NCBI RefSeq assembly: GCF_006345805.1
Contig: NC_043002.1
Span: 93,496,001-93,560,000 of the forward strand
Direction of reading: 5' to 3'
Length of the DNA: 64,000 nt
Origin: Octopus sinensis
Lineage: Eukaryota
Every line of letters begins with the position of its first letter. Position 1 is the first letter of the stretch. The notes under the pieces were generated by a model. The model saw only the letters and a list, made by a program, of their open reading frames with translations. It was not told where the DNA came from and did not search any database. The position numbers and the translations under genes are program-made. This document shows, piece by piece, positions 55,148 through 63,466 of the stretch.

Positions 55148-58100
55148 CCTTTCTACTATAGGCACAAGGCCTGAAATTTCAGGGGAGGGGCAAAGTTGAT
55201 TACATCGACCCCAGTGTTCAACTGGTCTTTATTTTATCGACACCGAAAGGATGAAAGGCAAAGTCAACCCTAGCAGAATTTGAACTCAGAATGTGAAGGT
55301 CAATGAAATACTGCTAAGCATTTTCAGTTAACAGTTTTAAGTTGGTGGGGGTGGGGCAGTGTTAATCAATTACATCGACCCCAGTTTTTGACTAATACTT
55401 TATTGTATCAACTTTGAAAGGATAAAAGCAAAGTTGACCTTGGCAGGATTTGAACTTAGAATGTATTGAGTTGGAAGGAATATGGCAAAGCCTTTTTTCC
55501 TGACACATGGACAATTCTACCAGCTCACCTCTTAATAATGATAATAACAACAACAACAATAATAAATCATTTTGTCTTTGGTTGGCCAATCCTTGTCAAG
55601 AAGGAATACATCCACAGACATGACAGAGTTGGGGTTTATATACACTGGAAGTTATGCCAGCACTACAAAATGACAACAGGAAGAATATAGTATAGGCATA
55701 CCCTGGAAAAAGTCCCAGAAATTGACAGAGTAACTATACTCTGGGTATTTCAATGCACACAAATAGAAAAACTAAGACTAATAGGCCAGGTATTGTCATT
55801 AGGAATCACCAAAAAAAAAAAAAGAAAGCCTTCTAATCAACATATCAGTCCCAACAGAGAGACTCTTGAAATATACGAAAATCTAGAAAGAGAGATATCC
55901 TGAATGTGGAGCCTGAATAATCTCTATAATAATAGGTGTATTAGGTATGGTTAAAAAGCATAGACGAATACATAACCAAAAAACACCAGGACTTGCAAAT
56001 ATATATGACATACAGAAAATAACACTGCTACACACCGCACACATCCTACTTGAAATGCTTTCACTACAATAAAAATAACACTAAAGCAAACCACAGTACA
56101 TACCCAAGGCACCAAGAGGTGTGCTCAGTAGTACAGTGAAAGCATTACTAAATAATAATAATAATAATAATAATGGTTTCTGTTTTAGGCAAAATAATAA
56201 TGGATTTCTCTTGTAAGGGGAGGGGTTAGTTGATACCATCAACTTTATTGGTACTTTATTTTTTTGATCCTGAAAGGATGAAAGAGAAAGTCAACCTTGG
56301 TATGATTTGAACTCAGAATGTAAAGAGCCAAAATATATACCATGAGGCATTTTTCCAGTGCTCTAATGATTCTGTCAAATATTCTCAGTTTGAATGAGTC
56401 ATCCTTTAGTAATCACTTTTTGTCATTACTATATTTTTTGATATACAAGTCAAATTTTTCAGACCAAAATTTACTACTAAAAAAAATAGGTCAACTTATA
56501 CCCAAAGATGATTTTGGCGGATCAAAATTTCCATGTGAAATGCATCAAAATTTGGTATGATAGTGGCAGTGTTTGAATGTTTACACTACATACCAGATTA
56601 AACTGTATGCAGGAAAATGAGGTTTTTTGACAATGGTATTTGGTCATTTTCACTTAATAAATTCCATTATCACCAGCTATTAGTTTTTTAGAGTAACCAA
56701 ACAGTTCTATTTTCTCAGACAGATATTGCATCATTACTCTACATACACTTTACAAAGTCTCTTAGTGTGTTTGTAGCAGAGTCCACTCTGATACCAAAAT
56801 TCATGCTAGGTCTCTGATTTGAGGATAAATTTCTTCCCTTTCTCCCTTCAGTCAGTCACAGAAAGATTGGAAAAGATTACAGGACCTGCCCTGCCTATGC
56901 TCTTAGTAAACCATTAAATAAATAAAGAGATCAAACTTACAAAGATTTACTTTTGGCATTGTGGTTTTACGTAGCAGTAAATTGCATTCCATGTAATGTT
57001 GGGTGTTATTGGTACGTTTCAGCCTTTTCTGTAATACTAACATAATTTATTATTAAAACGAAGCAAAAAATGTTTCAGGAAGATTTTACTGAACTTCTTA
57101 GTATATATAGTTGAGTAATTTTTAAAAAAACCTTTTTAAAACTAAATTCAACAACTACTGCTGTTGGCTGAATCATCCACTCCATTCCAGCTGGGAAGAG
57201 AGATGAGATGTTAAAATGTTATCTCCTTTTTAAAAACAAGCAAACAAAAACACAGCATAGCAATATTCTGGTGGGATTAATAAATATGTTTCTTCTTTTT
57301 TCTAGATCTCATTAGTTATTTCAGTTTATCATATTCCACCGAATAAGATGATCCAAAGAATTCCATCAAAAGTGAAAACCGGTGTCTTTGGCGTTGATGT
57401 TCAGAAAGTTGCTCTGTAAGTAAAAAAAATTTCTAATTTATCTAAATTTACTTTACAATGAGAAATCCTTTGTCTTGTGATGATATTTTATTAAAGTATC
57501 TTTACAGCTTGTTATAGGCTCCTATATATATGTTATCATGACATGATTGGTATTGATATAACATCAAATCATTCCTTTAGTTAACCCTTATATGACTAGA
57601 TTTTTAGACGGACTGGCTGTTTATTTCAATTGCTTTTCAGTATAATCAAAACTTTAAAGGAGTTTAGTAAAATATCTATAACTTTACATATCTCCTAATA
57701 TAATGAGTGTAGTGTTTCTATATATTTGTATATATATTATATATATTTGTCCATAATCATGCCAGATGCAGAGTTAGAAGAGAAAATAGTAATTCAGTGA
57801 AGGAAAAGTAGTGAGAGCAATAACCCTGACTGAGAGGGAGTGAGAGAAAGTAATAGCAATGAGAGAAAGGAAGGGGTGATAGATGAATAAAGAAGGGGTA
57901 GAAAAAAAAATCAGTGTTTCAACTTTGTGTGAGTATATGTGTGTGCATGTACAAGGAAAGTATGTGTATGTTTGTATGTGTGATTATTATGTACCTTATT
58001 TTGTACCTAATTTATATATAAAATACTACTACTGGCCGTCATTATTGATGGCATGTAGTCAGCTAGTATATATATTATATTATCTTATTTTTTTTACTTG

Positions 58101-61100
58101 TTTCAGTCATTGGGCTATGTCCATGCTAGGGCACTGCTTTGAAAGGTTGTTTTAGTTGATCAAAAGGACCCCAACAGTTATTTTAATTTTAGCACTTATC
58201 CCATTGACCTTAGCTCCTTTTTTGCCTTATATTTATTAAAACTACTAATTTGTGGGGTCAACAAATTATGGGGACATTCACTGAAAGTCAAGCAATGAAA
58301 ACCAAACACAAACACCAGATTTTTCACATTAAACTTTGCTCTATGTATATGTGTATAAACAAAAGAAAGTGGCTCTCAGTTCATTTGTTTGGAGCTCAAA
58401 CTATTATTAAATAGTATATATATATATATATATATAGTTAATGTCATAAGAATTTAGAAACTCCAAGATAATGTGAAATAATTCTGTTGTTGAAGTTGTG
58501 AAATTCTATGCAGATAAAGCTATAAATAATATGTAAACATTGGATTATTGAATTTTGAGTAGCCTTCAGCTTTTTTATACCCAAAGGTTTTTTAACTCAA
58601 ATTTTGCACACTGTTATTTATAGCTTAATCTCCTTCAAGTTTCACCATTCAAAAAAAAAAAAAAGTATATAAGACAAGATTCCACGCAGTTTCTGCCACT
58701 TTGTCTACTAATAGCATTCACAAAGCATTGGTTGGCTCAAGATTACAGTAAAAAAAAATATTTGCTCTCCCTAATCATAACATGTATTAATTATTGAAGC
58801 ATTTGTGGTGTTTGTTGTCGATATTATGGTATATTACAGAACCAACTATGGTGGCACTGCATGTTTAGATTAATGAAAATTAATCAAATATCCTAAATAG
58901 TTGTAAATGACTGTTGTTATTTATATATATTTTCTGTTGTGGACAGAAAATGAGGGATCTGCTAAGCCAGTTTCACTCATTGTTGTGTTTTTATTTGCAA
59001 CTCATTACCTTTTTCTGTCTATCTATAGCAATAATATTGTATTTATAGCTACTAATTATTAGTGATTATACTAAATAGAAGATTTTGATATATATATTTT
59101 AGTGAACGCTGTCTCAGGTGAGTTGATGTTAAAAACATTAGCTTATTGGCTTTATTTATTTTTAATGTATATATTTAATAAGAACTTAAAAAATAAGGTT
59201 TTCTTACTTATGGAAAGTGTTTTTACTATTAACCCATTAACATACAGATTATTCTGTAGAACATAAAGCTCATTTATTCACATTGTTTTAAATTAATCAT
59301 GCATAACCTTGCAGCTTCAAGATTTTGATAACGTAATAGTTTATTTTCAAAATAATATTGCAGGGTAGGTGTGAGTGGCCAGATATGGTAACTCTAAACC
59401 ATAAAGCAAATTGAATATTTTGGCCAGATATGCTTGGTTTAAAGGCTAAAGGGTTAAGACATTATGAAAATTATTTTGAGTTCCTATGACTGACATATTA
59501 AGATTTAGTTTGAATTTTGATACATCTTTGATGATAAGAAACAACAGACAATCTTTTTAGAATACATGTTTTTCTGTTGGTTTGTATCTTTTCACTTAAA
59601 TGTTTTTTTAAAAAAAGGAAGAAGTCAATGTAATAATTCTTTCTGCTTTTGGTATATGGCTAGTAATTTTAGGGGAGGGTAAAGTTGTTAACATTAACTC
59701 TAGTACTCAGCTGGTACTCTATTTTTATCAGCCCTGACTAGATAAAATCAAAGTCAACCTTGGCAGAGTTTGGACTCAGAATGTAGAGAGCTGGAAGAAA
59801 TGTTGTTGAGCATTTTGTTTGATGTACTAACAACTCTATCCAAGTCACCTGGATGAAACGACACAAAACATATTTAACAACCATGATGTAATAATCCTTT
59901 CTTAATTTGGCATATGATCAGCAATTTTTGAGGGTTGGGGAAGTCAATTGCATTGACTCTAATGCTTGACTGGTACTTATTTTATCAACCCCGAAAGGAT
60001 GAGAAACGAAGTTGACCTTGGCAGAATTTTAACTCAGAACATAAAAACAGATGAAATGCTGCCAAGCATTTTGCTTGGTGTGCTAACCGTTTTACCATCT
60101 TGCTGCCCAACAATATTACTGAGAGAAAATATCTCAGAGGAGCATTCTTTCTGCATATATAAGAGTAAAGTCTCATGTATGTAATATAGTGAATTGATAA
60201 GCAGTCATTAACTGAAATTATCCATGCCATTGGTAGACAAATCCTTCTCTTGGAGGCATTTAACCCTTTCGTTACTGTATTTATTTTGAGATGCTCTGTG
60301 TTTCTTTCAATCATTTTTAAATGTAACAAAGAATTTAGTAAAATAACTTAGTTATCATTCAGCTAGTGTTAGGAACATAAATTGTGACTAAGGTTTGGTG
60401 GAAGATTTTAATTCAAAACTTATGAAAACAAGACATTTTACCACAGAGCCAGAGCCGGTTTTGGCCGGGTTGGTAACAAAAGGGTTAACATCTAAAACTT
60501 AATAGCAACAAGCAAGGGAGATAACTTCGATAAAATCAGTTGAGTGAAATATTTGAACAATTTGGACAATGTGGATTGGAATGAATCTGGTTGTTAAAAA
60601 ATGTTTTGTGTCATTTCATCTTCTTTTTGTTGATTTAGTGTCCCTAATCTTTTGGAATCTGACACATATTTACCTTTATTTTCAGCCATCAAGGAAAAGT
60701 AATACCAGACATCATTCCAATCTGCACTCGAGAATTAGAAAAGAGAGGTATGTAAAGCTGAACCGATCTAAACAAATTACTATAGCAATTTGTATGATGT
60801 TTATGTACAAAGTGAAATGCTAAAGGATAGAGGTGGGTCTTGAATGCTGAGAACTTTCAAAAACTGAAAAGAAATGAAGCATGCTTACTCTGTTGGATGT
60901 TCAGTATAAGTGTGCATGAACAATAAAGTACAAATGTGTTGAGAGAAATACTGGATATAAGGAAATTCGTTTGTCATGTGTAAGAGAGAAGACTGTGCTG
61001 GTATGGACAGGACATGTGATGTGTAAGGATGAAAGCAGCTGTATAGAGAAGTGCTGATTGTTCAGTATGGAGTTTGTGGAAGAGGGAAACCAAAAAAAAT

Positions 61101-62599
61101 GTGAGACAATTTAAAGATTTTGAACTTCACAGAAGAGATGGCAAAGAATCAAGGTGATTGGTAATATACAGTAATTAAAGAATTGACCCAGCATTGTGAA
61201 ATTGAGATTCTGGATGTGTAAGATGTATGCACACAACTGAGTTCATTGCCCAATATGTCCTTCCCATGCCTCTATAAACACCACATCTTTCTATCACTGA
61301 TCCTTCCATCACTCTCCTAACTACTACAGTACTCTGTAATTAAATGAGAGCAGACTACATATTTCACCATCCTTTTCTGCGGGACTAGTTATTTCCCTCC
61401 CTCCCTCCCTTCCTCCCTCCAGGTCATTTCCTTTGGCATCCACCTTTCTCATTTTACATTCCTTACCCGCTTCTGTGCTCCCAATTATCACCCTCTCTTT
61501 TGAAGAACTTCCTGGTGACTTATTCCTATATACTTCTGACAACGTCTATCCCTATTGCCATGTGTTTCTAACTCTCCCATTACATTATGTCTTTCACTCT
61601 CCTTGAGCCTTATTTCAGCCCCCATTTACCAAATCCACTCATAAAGCTTTGGCTGACCCATGGTTATAGTAGAAGACACTTATGGAGTAACACTGAATCT
61701 AAAGCCGTGTGGCTAGAAAACAGACTTGGTACTCCCCCCCCACACACACACCATGTGAGCATTTTATTTCAAATCGTTATTTTCTTTGTATTTTATTTTT
61801 CAATTTAGGTCTAGATGAAGTTGGTATCTACAGAGTGTCAGGAGGATTAACTGAAGTTAAACAGTTAAAATGTGCATTTGAAAAAAGTAAGTTACTAATT
61901 TCCCAGTTTGTGTTTGTATTTCTAAAGAATTAGCTTTTAACTTTATGAAGCCAGAAATTTTAATGGCCAATCATTTAGGATTTTATTTTTTATTTTTTTC
62001 CAATTTAGTTGATTTAAATGTAAAATTTAATGTAAATATTTATCATCATCATCCAACACTTTTTTTTTTTGGTAGCTGGAATGGGCTGGGTAGGTCTGTT
62101 TTAGCACAATACCTCATCAAAAGGATTTACTGAACAAATGCGAATGTACAAATAGACAAAAAAGAGATTAGGGAAATATTATACACTATATTATTGTATA
62201 TTAAATATTAGTTAATTAGTAAACACACACACACACATATATAATATATAAATACATATATAACATGCTTCTTTCATTTTCCATCTACCAAATCCACTCA
62301 CATGGCTTTGGTCAGACACATACCTAAGGTGCCATGCAGGAAGATTGAACTTGAATCCACATAGTTGGAAACAAATGCCTTAACCACATAGCCATGCCTA
62401 CACCTAAACAACCCTACACACACACTCATATATGTATATTTGTATTGTTTTGTTTCAGATACGATGAAAGCCCGGCGTATAGTAGAAGATAATGACTGTA
62501 GTGTTCACACAATTGCTGCTGTTTTGAAACTTTACTTTAGAGAATTGCCTGAACCATTATTTACGAATCTTCTGTATGACAAATTTATTGGCATTTCTG
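4777..62599 (+). CDS. ABR/BCR: Spliced ABR/BCR-family gene (DH RhoGEF - PH - C2 - RhoGAP), 21 exons in window, 5' and 3' ends outside window
   Basis: Manually joined exons all have AG/GT boundaries with matching phases (2148 nt, open frame). Translation follows the BCR/ABR domain order and motifs: [78 protein letters not shown]. Confidence 0.95.
4997..5119. repeat. (AAT)n microsatellite just downstream of exon 1
   Basis: Direct reading. Confidence 0.95.
5375..5834. mobile_element. About 460-bp non-coding element inserted in an (AAT)n tract
   Basis: Unique sequence with (AAT)n directly on both sides; no ORF or TIR recognised. Confidence 0.55.
6555..6920. repeat. Compound (CA)/(TA)/(TACA) microsatellite field
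   Basis: Direct reading; explains the Ile/Tyr/His/Thr pseudo-ORFs. Confidence 0.95.
7471..8076 (+). mobile_element. SINE family B with its 125-bp body tandemly repeated 4 times (7559-8058)
   Basis: gaggtcgacttt recurs at 7559, 7684, 7809 and 7934. Confidence 0.93.
8285..8545. repeat. Degenerate trinucleotide (ATC/GTC/GTT) low-complexity tract
   Basis: Direct reading. Confidence 0.85.
9326..9720 (-). mobile_element. SINE family A
   Basis: Reverse complement of 2664-3080. Confidence 0.9.
10324..11223 (-). mobile_element. Internally deleted mariner transposon
   Basis: TA-flanked imperfect TIRs (22/29 nt); transposase fragments KFVPHLLT and [13 protein letters not shown] on the - strand, with stops and frameshifts. 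Confidence 0.88.
11400..11618. mobile_element. TTAA-flanked piggyBac-type MITE, family P1
   Basis: TTAA|ccctttagc...ctaaatgg|TTAA; homologous to 34083-34298 and 59233-59453. Confidence 0.8.
12051..12352 (+). mobile_element. SINE family D (short tail)
   Basis: tRNA head with A box tagtggttag and B box ggttcgaatctc. Confidence 0.85.
13258..13385. repeat. Perfect inverted repeat (47-bp arms) centred on (TA)n
   Basis: 13258-13304 is the exact reverse complement of 13339-13385. Confidence 0.95.
13475..13512 (+). ncRNA. Hammerhead-like motif (U4C variant)
   Basis: CUGU-CCGACGA-ACG(GAAA)CAU-GAAAC-UC-A-GA-GU-A-ACAG: helix I CUGU/ACAG, helix III ACUC/GAGU with a 1-nt loop, GUA triplet. Confidence 0.55.
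15360..15925 (+). mobile_element. Internally deleted mariner of a second family
   Basis: TA|ttgggttgtctgaaaagt ... ttccagatgacccaa|TA TIRs; [13 protein letters not shown] start fused to [18 protein letters not shown]. Confidence 0.88.
16348..16494 (+). CDS. ABR/BCR: Exon 2, start of DH domain (ENILPEY...[25 protein letters not shown])
   Basis: ttcag acceptor, AAG|gtttct donor; DH CR1 resembles BCR MRKWVLSGILASEETYLSHLE. Confidence 0.93.
17070..17573 (-). mobile_element. Chimeric SINE: D head + long middle module + E tail
   Basis: 17265-17573 matches the D head and the module in 1500-1685; 17070-17264 matches the reverse complement of 29055-29222. Confidence 0.8.
17790..18154 (+). CDS. Candidate alternative 5' coding exons (17790-17817 and 18120-18154) encoding [21 protein letters not shown], in frame with exon 3
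   Basis: ATG at 17790, CAG|gtgatt donor, tttatag acceptor at 18119, CAG|gtaaag donor at 18155; phases fit exon 3; no homology support. Confidence 0.35.
17951..18050. repeat. (CT)n microsatellite
   Basis: Direct reading. Confidence 0.95.
18445..18695. repeat. Inverted repeat, about 96-bp arms with about 58-bp spacer
   Basis: 18445-18540 versus 18599-18695, few mismatches. Confidence 0.9.
18929..19114 (+). CDS. ABR/BCR: Exon 3, DH domain (LMDMFSAS...[20 protein letters not shown]...[19 protein letters not shown])
   Basis: ttacag acceptor, CTT|gtaagt donor, phase 0-0; DH CR2 IFSN motif. Confidence 0.95.
19135..19300. repeat. (TCC)n/(CAT)n low-complexity tract just after the exon 3 donor
   Basis: Direct reading. 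Confidence 0.9.
19315..20105 (+). mobile_element. Decayed maT/DD37D-like (Tc1-mariner superfamily) transposase fragment
   Basis: [28 protein letters not shown] and EGGFIE* motifs across frameshifts. Confidence 0.8.
21395..21550 (+). mobile_element. Solo 3' end of the same Penelope-like family, with degenerate hammerhead at 21431-21466
   Basis: Similar to 930-1100 and 51930-52085; followed by (TA)n. Confidence 0.65.
21739..21846 (+). CDS. ABR/BCR: Exon 4, DH domain ([36 protein letters not shown])
   Basis: tttttag acceptor, GAG|gtaatg donor, phase 0-0; Y..NY..A..C pattern of DH domains. Confidence 0.92.
22565..22610 (-). ncRNA. Hammerhead-like motif (C3U variant)
   Basis: GAUAC-UUGACGA-A-GACUG(10 nt)CAGCC-GAAAC-GU-U-GUGUU. 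Confidence 0.6.
22862..22904 (+). pseudogene. Degenerate hammerhead motif (G5U, damaged cleavage site), inverted copy of 22565-22610
   Basis: GAUAC-CUUAUGA-A-GGCUG(10 nt)CAGCU-GAAAC-GU-GUC. Confidence 0.5.
23946..23988 (+). CDS. ABR/BCR: Exon 5 ([14 protein letters not shown]), 43 nt
   Basis: ttccag acceptor, A|gtaagt donor, phase 0-1 needed to join exon 6. Confidence 0.85.
24580..24632 (+). CDS. ABR/BCR: Exon 6, DH CR3 ([18 protein letters not shown])
   Basis: ttttcag acceptor, CAA|gtaaac donor, phase 1-0; aligns to BCR TLLYKPVDRV. Confidence 0.9.
24681..26028. mobile_element. TA-flanked MITE (Tc1/mariner-pogo type) carrying an internal minisatellite
   Basis: TIRs taccataaatcctcgagtataatccgc / gcggactatactcgaggatttacggta (2 mismatches in 27 nt including TA). 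Confidence 0.88.
25107..25998. repeat. 56-bp minisatellite, 16 nearly identical units
   Basis: Unit caaggtttaggtttttcagaggtacagcctcctaaaaatcccctgtgtattatact. Confidence 0.97.
26898..27128 (+). mobile_element. tRNA-derived SINE family B, young copy (others near 3396, 3620, 5125, 5861, 27290, 36700, 52290, 54075, 55145, 55345, 56175, 59640 and 59890)
   Basis: ggcggcgagctggcagaa head, gagttcaaattcc B-box, core ctttgcctttcatcctttcggggtcgataaa; CpGs retained. Confidence 0.9.
27906..28013 (+). CDS. ABR/BCR: Exon 7, DH end ([36 protein letters not shown])
   Basis: ttgcag acceptor, CAG|gtttgt donor; LLKHTP..HPD-type motif. Confidence 0.94.
28918..29222 (+). mobile_element. tRNA-derived SINE family E
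   Basis: gagttcaattcc B-box and gtgtccttgagcaagacact core typical of CORE/V-type SINEs. Confidence 0.8.
31395..31519 (+). CDS. ABR/BCR: Exon 8, PH start ([41 protein letters not shown])
   Basis: ttacag acceptor, TA|gtaagt donor in phase 2; matches BCR ARKLRHVFLFTDLLLCTK. Confidence 0.95.
32364..32778 (-). mobile_element. SINE family A
   Basis: Reverse complement of 2664-3080, more diverged. Confidence 0.85.
32972..33051 (+). CDS. ABR/BCR: Exon 9, PH ([27 protein letters not shown])
   Basis: ctttcag acceptor, G|gtaaat donor, phase 2-1; matches YDCKWYIPL. Confidence 0.93.
33234..33868 (+). mobile_element. Family C element ((GAT)n tail, RTE-like 3' end) with about 159-bp tandem duplication; other C copies near 3985, 14850, 20800, 22045, 23480, 26770, 30790, 40950, 41648 and 45375
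   Basis: ggtacgtaaaaagcac at 33234, 33393 and 33551; 3' end catgctagcatgga..cggacgttaaac(gat)n. Confidence 0.88.
33867..34078. mobile_element. piggyBac-type MITE, family P2, left end lost
   Basis: Near-identical to 60271-60484. Confidence 0.8.
34083..34298. mobile_element. piggyBac-type MITE, family P1
   Basis: TTAA on both sides; ends atgctaaaggg|TTAA. Confidence 0.75.
35257..35779. repeat. Inverted repeat (169-bp arms) with a 119-bp loop segment duplicated outside the left arm
   Basis: Arms 35257-35425 and 35611-35779; direct repeat 35135-35253 and 35476-35594. Confidence 0.9.
35815..36680 (-). mobile_element. Decayed Tc1-like transposon
   Basis: Minus-strand fragments [20 protein letters not shown] and WPPCSP..NP.ENL (DDE triad segments). 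Confidence 0.8.
37473..37552 (+). CDS. ABR/BCR: Exon 10, PH insert ([27 protein letters not shown])
   Basis: ttgcag acceptor, AGA|gtaagt donor, phase 1-0; coiled-coil-like insert as in the BCR PH domain. Confidence 0.9.
37890..38570 (-). mobile_element. RTE-like LINE fragment (RT C-terminal part)
   Basis: LKVN.AKT.VLV and [17 protein letters not shown] motifs on the - strand, with many stops. Confidence 0.7.
39990..40630 (-). mobile_element. RTE-like LINE fragment (RT N-terminal part), decayed
   Basis: Degenerate [14 protein letters not shown] and I.QEDIMPQ / YYKGK segments on the - strand. Confidence 0.55.
41464..41532 (+). CDS. ABR/BCR: Exon 11 ([23 protein letters not shown])
   Basis: cttatag acceptor, CAT|gtaagt donor, phase 0-0; resembles BCR KATERLKKKLSEQ. 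Confidence 0.9.
41648..42035 (-). mobile_element. Family C element with internal ggtgctttttacgtgcca subrepeats
   Basis: Homologous to 3985-4250 and the reverse complement of 33560-33868. Confidence 0.85.
42095..42440 (+). mobile_element. RTE-like LINE fragment (EN-RT linker)
   Basis: [23 protein letters not shown] motif. Confidence 0.65.
43177..43376 (-). mobile_element. About 200-bp non-coding element inserted in (TA)n and carrying the intact hammerhead (probable Penelope-like terminal repeat)
   Basis: Unique sequence flanked on both sides by (TA)n; contains the HHR core. Confidence 0.55.
43265..43299 (-). ncRNA. Minimal type I hammerhead ribozyme with intact core
   Basis: Minus strand reads GUUU-CUGACGA-A-GAGC(UCC)GCUC-GAAAC-GU-U-AAAC: helix I GUUU/AAAC, helix II GAGC/GCUC, palindromic helix III AACGUU, GUU cleavage triplet. 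Confidence 0.75.
44419..44554 (+). CDS. ABR/BCR: Exon 12, PH end ([45 protein letters not shown])
   Basis: atctag acceptor, T|gtaagt donor; PH C-terminal helix with conserved Trp. Confidence 0.94.
45461..45608. repeat. Fold-back of family C sequence with about 15-nt loop
   Basis: 45461-45518 pairs with 45534-45608 (insertion in the right arm). Confidence 0.8.
45868..45929 (+). CDS. ABR/BCR: Exon 13 ([21 protein letters not shown])
   Basis: catttag acceptor, AAG|gtaggt donor, phase 1-0; resembles BCR LTSVELQMLTNSCVK. Confidence 0.9.
46831..47110 (+). mobile_element. RTE-like LINE 3' end
   Basis: [21 protein letters not shown]; (CAAGT)n-like tail. Confidence 0.7.
47370..47715 (+). mobile_element. 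SINE family A, diverged
   Basis: Homologous to 2664-3080. Confidence 0.8.
47855..47891 (+). CDS. ABR/BCR: Exon 14 ([12 protein letters not shown]), 37 nt
   Basis: Long T tract + cag acceptor, G|gtaaac donor, phase 0-1 needed for the frame. Confidence 0.85.
48331..48402 (+). CDS. ABR/BCR: Exon 15, C2 start ((V)[23 protein letters not shown]); may start at 48334 (NAGNAG)
   Basis: aag/tag tandem acceptor, G|gtaaga donor, phase 1-1; matches GFLNVIVHSATG. Confidence 0.9.
49706..50053. repeat. Long interrupted (TTC)n tract, about 350 bp
   Basis: Direct reading. Confidence 0.97.
50247..50443 (+). CDS. ABR/BCR: Exon 16, C2 domain ([20 protein letters not shown]...[24 protein letters not shown]...LLGKSALA)
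   Basis: atctag acceptor, GCA|gtaagc donor; strong similarity to the BCR/ABR C2 domain. Confidence 0.96.
50728..51235. repeat. About 500-bp near-perfect palindrome between (TA)n tracts
   Basis: Arms are reverse complements around about 50982-50991; near-identical ORFs appear on both strands in the ORF track. Confidence 0.95.
51297..52085 (+). mobile_element. Penelope-like element 3' remnant: GIY-YIG endonuclease C-terminus, C-rich 3' UTR and degenerate hammerhead at 51963-51998
   Basis: Frameshifted translation [14 protein letters not shown]...[13 protein letters not shown] matches the HF...GH...E...I..L....P.GLN tail of PLE endonucleases; ends in (TA)n. Confidence 0.7.
53031..53696 (-). 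mobile_element. SINE family A interrupted by a family C fragment (53341-53510)
   Basis: The two A halves are colinear around the insertion in the internal microsatellite. Confidence 0.9.
54219..54555 (+). mobile_element. SINE family A, 5'-truncated (other partial A copies near 20117, 40663, 43612, 52530, 58090, 61610 and 62270)
   Basis: Homology to 2664-3080. Confidence 0.8.
54690..54743 (+). CDS. ABR/BCR: Exon 17 ([18 protein letters not shown])
   Basis: ttttacag acceptor, AAG|gtatgt donor, phase 0-0; resembles WQRTVIAMNG. Confidence 0.9.
55566..56150 (+). mobile_element. 5'-truncated R4/Dong-like (RLE-type) non-LTR retrotransposon 3' end, decayed
   Basis: [22 protein letters not shown]..(PD-D/ExK endonuclease region) and IQKITLL.TAHIL motifs; flanked by (AAT)n. 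Confidence 0.8.
57306..57415 (+). CDS. ABR/BCR: Exon 18 ([36 protein letters not shown])
   Basis: ttctag acceptor, CT|gtaagt donor; RMPS..TGVFGV motif preceding the RhoGAP domain. Confidence 0.94.
59233..59453. mobile_element. piggyBac-type MITE, family P1
   Basis: TTAA|cccatta...ctaaaggg|TTAA. Confidence 0.75.
60264..60484. mobile_element. piggyBac-type MITE, family P2
   Basis: TTAA|ccctttcgttac...gtaacaaaaggg|TTAA (11/12 TIR). Confidence 0.85.
60686..60747 (+). CDS. ABR/BCR: Exon 19, RhoGAP start ([21 protein letters not shown])
   Basis: ttttcag acceptor, G|gtatgt donor, phase 2-1; VP.I...C..E.E.R pattern. Confidence 0.93.
60880..61190 (+). mobile_element. RTE-like LINE 3' fragment
   Basis: Degenerate ERRL.WYGHV / GRGKPKK.W motifs. 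Confidence 0.6.
61809..61886 (+). CDS. ABR/BCR: Exon 20, RhoGAP arginine finger ([26 protein letters not shown])
   Basis: tttag acceptor, A|gtaagt donor; GIYRVSG catalytic motif intact. Confidence 0.97.
62459..62599 (+). CDS. ABR/BCR: Exon 21, RhoGAP (NTMKARR...[31 protein letters not shown])
   Basis: tttcag acceptor, G|gtaagt donor; [14 protein letters not shown] motif. No further exon found before 64000. Confidence 0.97.
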
Positions 62600-63270
62600 G
62601 TAAGTCACTAAGTATATTTCAAATACCAACATTAAAGTTTAAAGTATTTCTTTCATCCTTTTACTTTAATAATCAATTTAACAAGTCTTATGATTCTTAA
62701 AGGAGTAATTGTTTGAGCCAACTGGAGCTAAACATTTTTTGTTAAGGTTTTTCTCTATAGATCTTCTATAGTAATTATAGCCAGCACTCCTAAAAAGCTC
62801 CTGAAATATGCATATTTGCCCATTGTCCAATTTTCATAATTCTTGTTTCTCAAATACGAGACAACGTAGTAAAATCAGTGCTGGCCACAATTTCTATAGA
62901 AGATCTGTAGAGATAACCATAAGAAATGATGTAATAGCACTGGTAACACAGCAGAATATAGTTTTGAATAATAATAAAGATTTAATATACTTGTTGTATA
63001 TTAGGGTTGCATAACAAAATATGGTGTCTCTACAGGTCACTAAACATTTTTGTTAGAGGTATTGGCAATGCAGGGTAGGACAAATTCCAATAACACAGCC
63101 AACTGAATCTTTCAAATTATTGTAAACAAATCAAATTGATTTGCAGTTTATATGAAGAAAAATCATGCTAAAATACAGTGGTTATACTAACTAACCATTT
63201 TAGTATCTTTTTTTAAAATATCTTGTTTCAATCAAAATCTGTGCAGGTTAGAGGTTAGGGTATTGCAGTC

Positions 63271-63466
63271 TGTTATGTCGCACGTTCAGACGCCTCTACT
63301 ACTCCACTCAACTCCGCTCTGTTCTACCTCAGTACTACTCAACTGTTCTCTGCTACTCAACTGTGCTCTCTCTTTGACGTCTAGGCTTCTCCCTCTATAT
63401 CTACGTATTGAGCTAGCCTACTTCATCGTCTGGGGGCGTCCACACAACACATTCCTAATCATAACA
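63271..63466. mobile_element. Putative solo LTR or short TIR element
   Basis: Starts tgttatg and ends cataaca (7-bp inverted TG...CA ends); CpG-richer than the background; TSD unclear. Confidence 0.35.
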
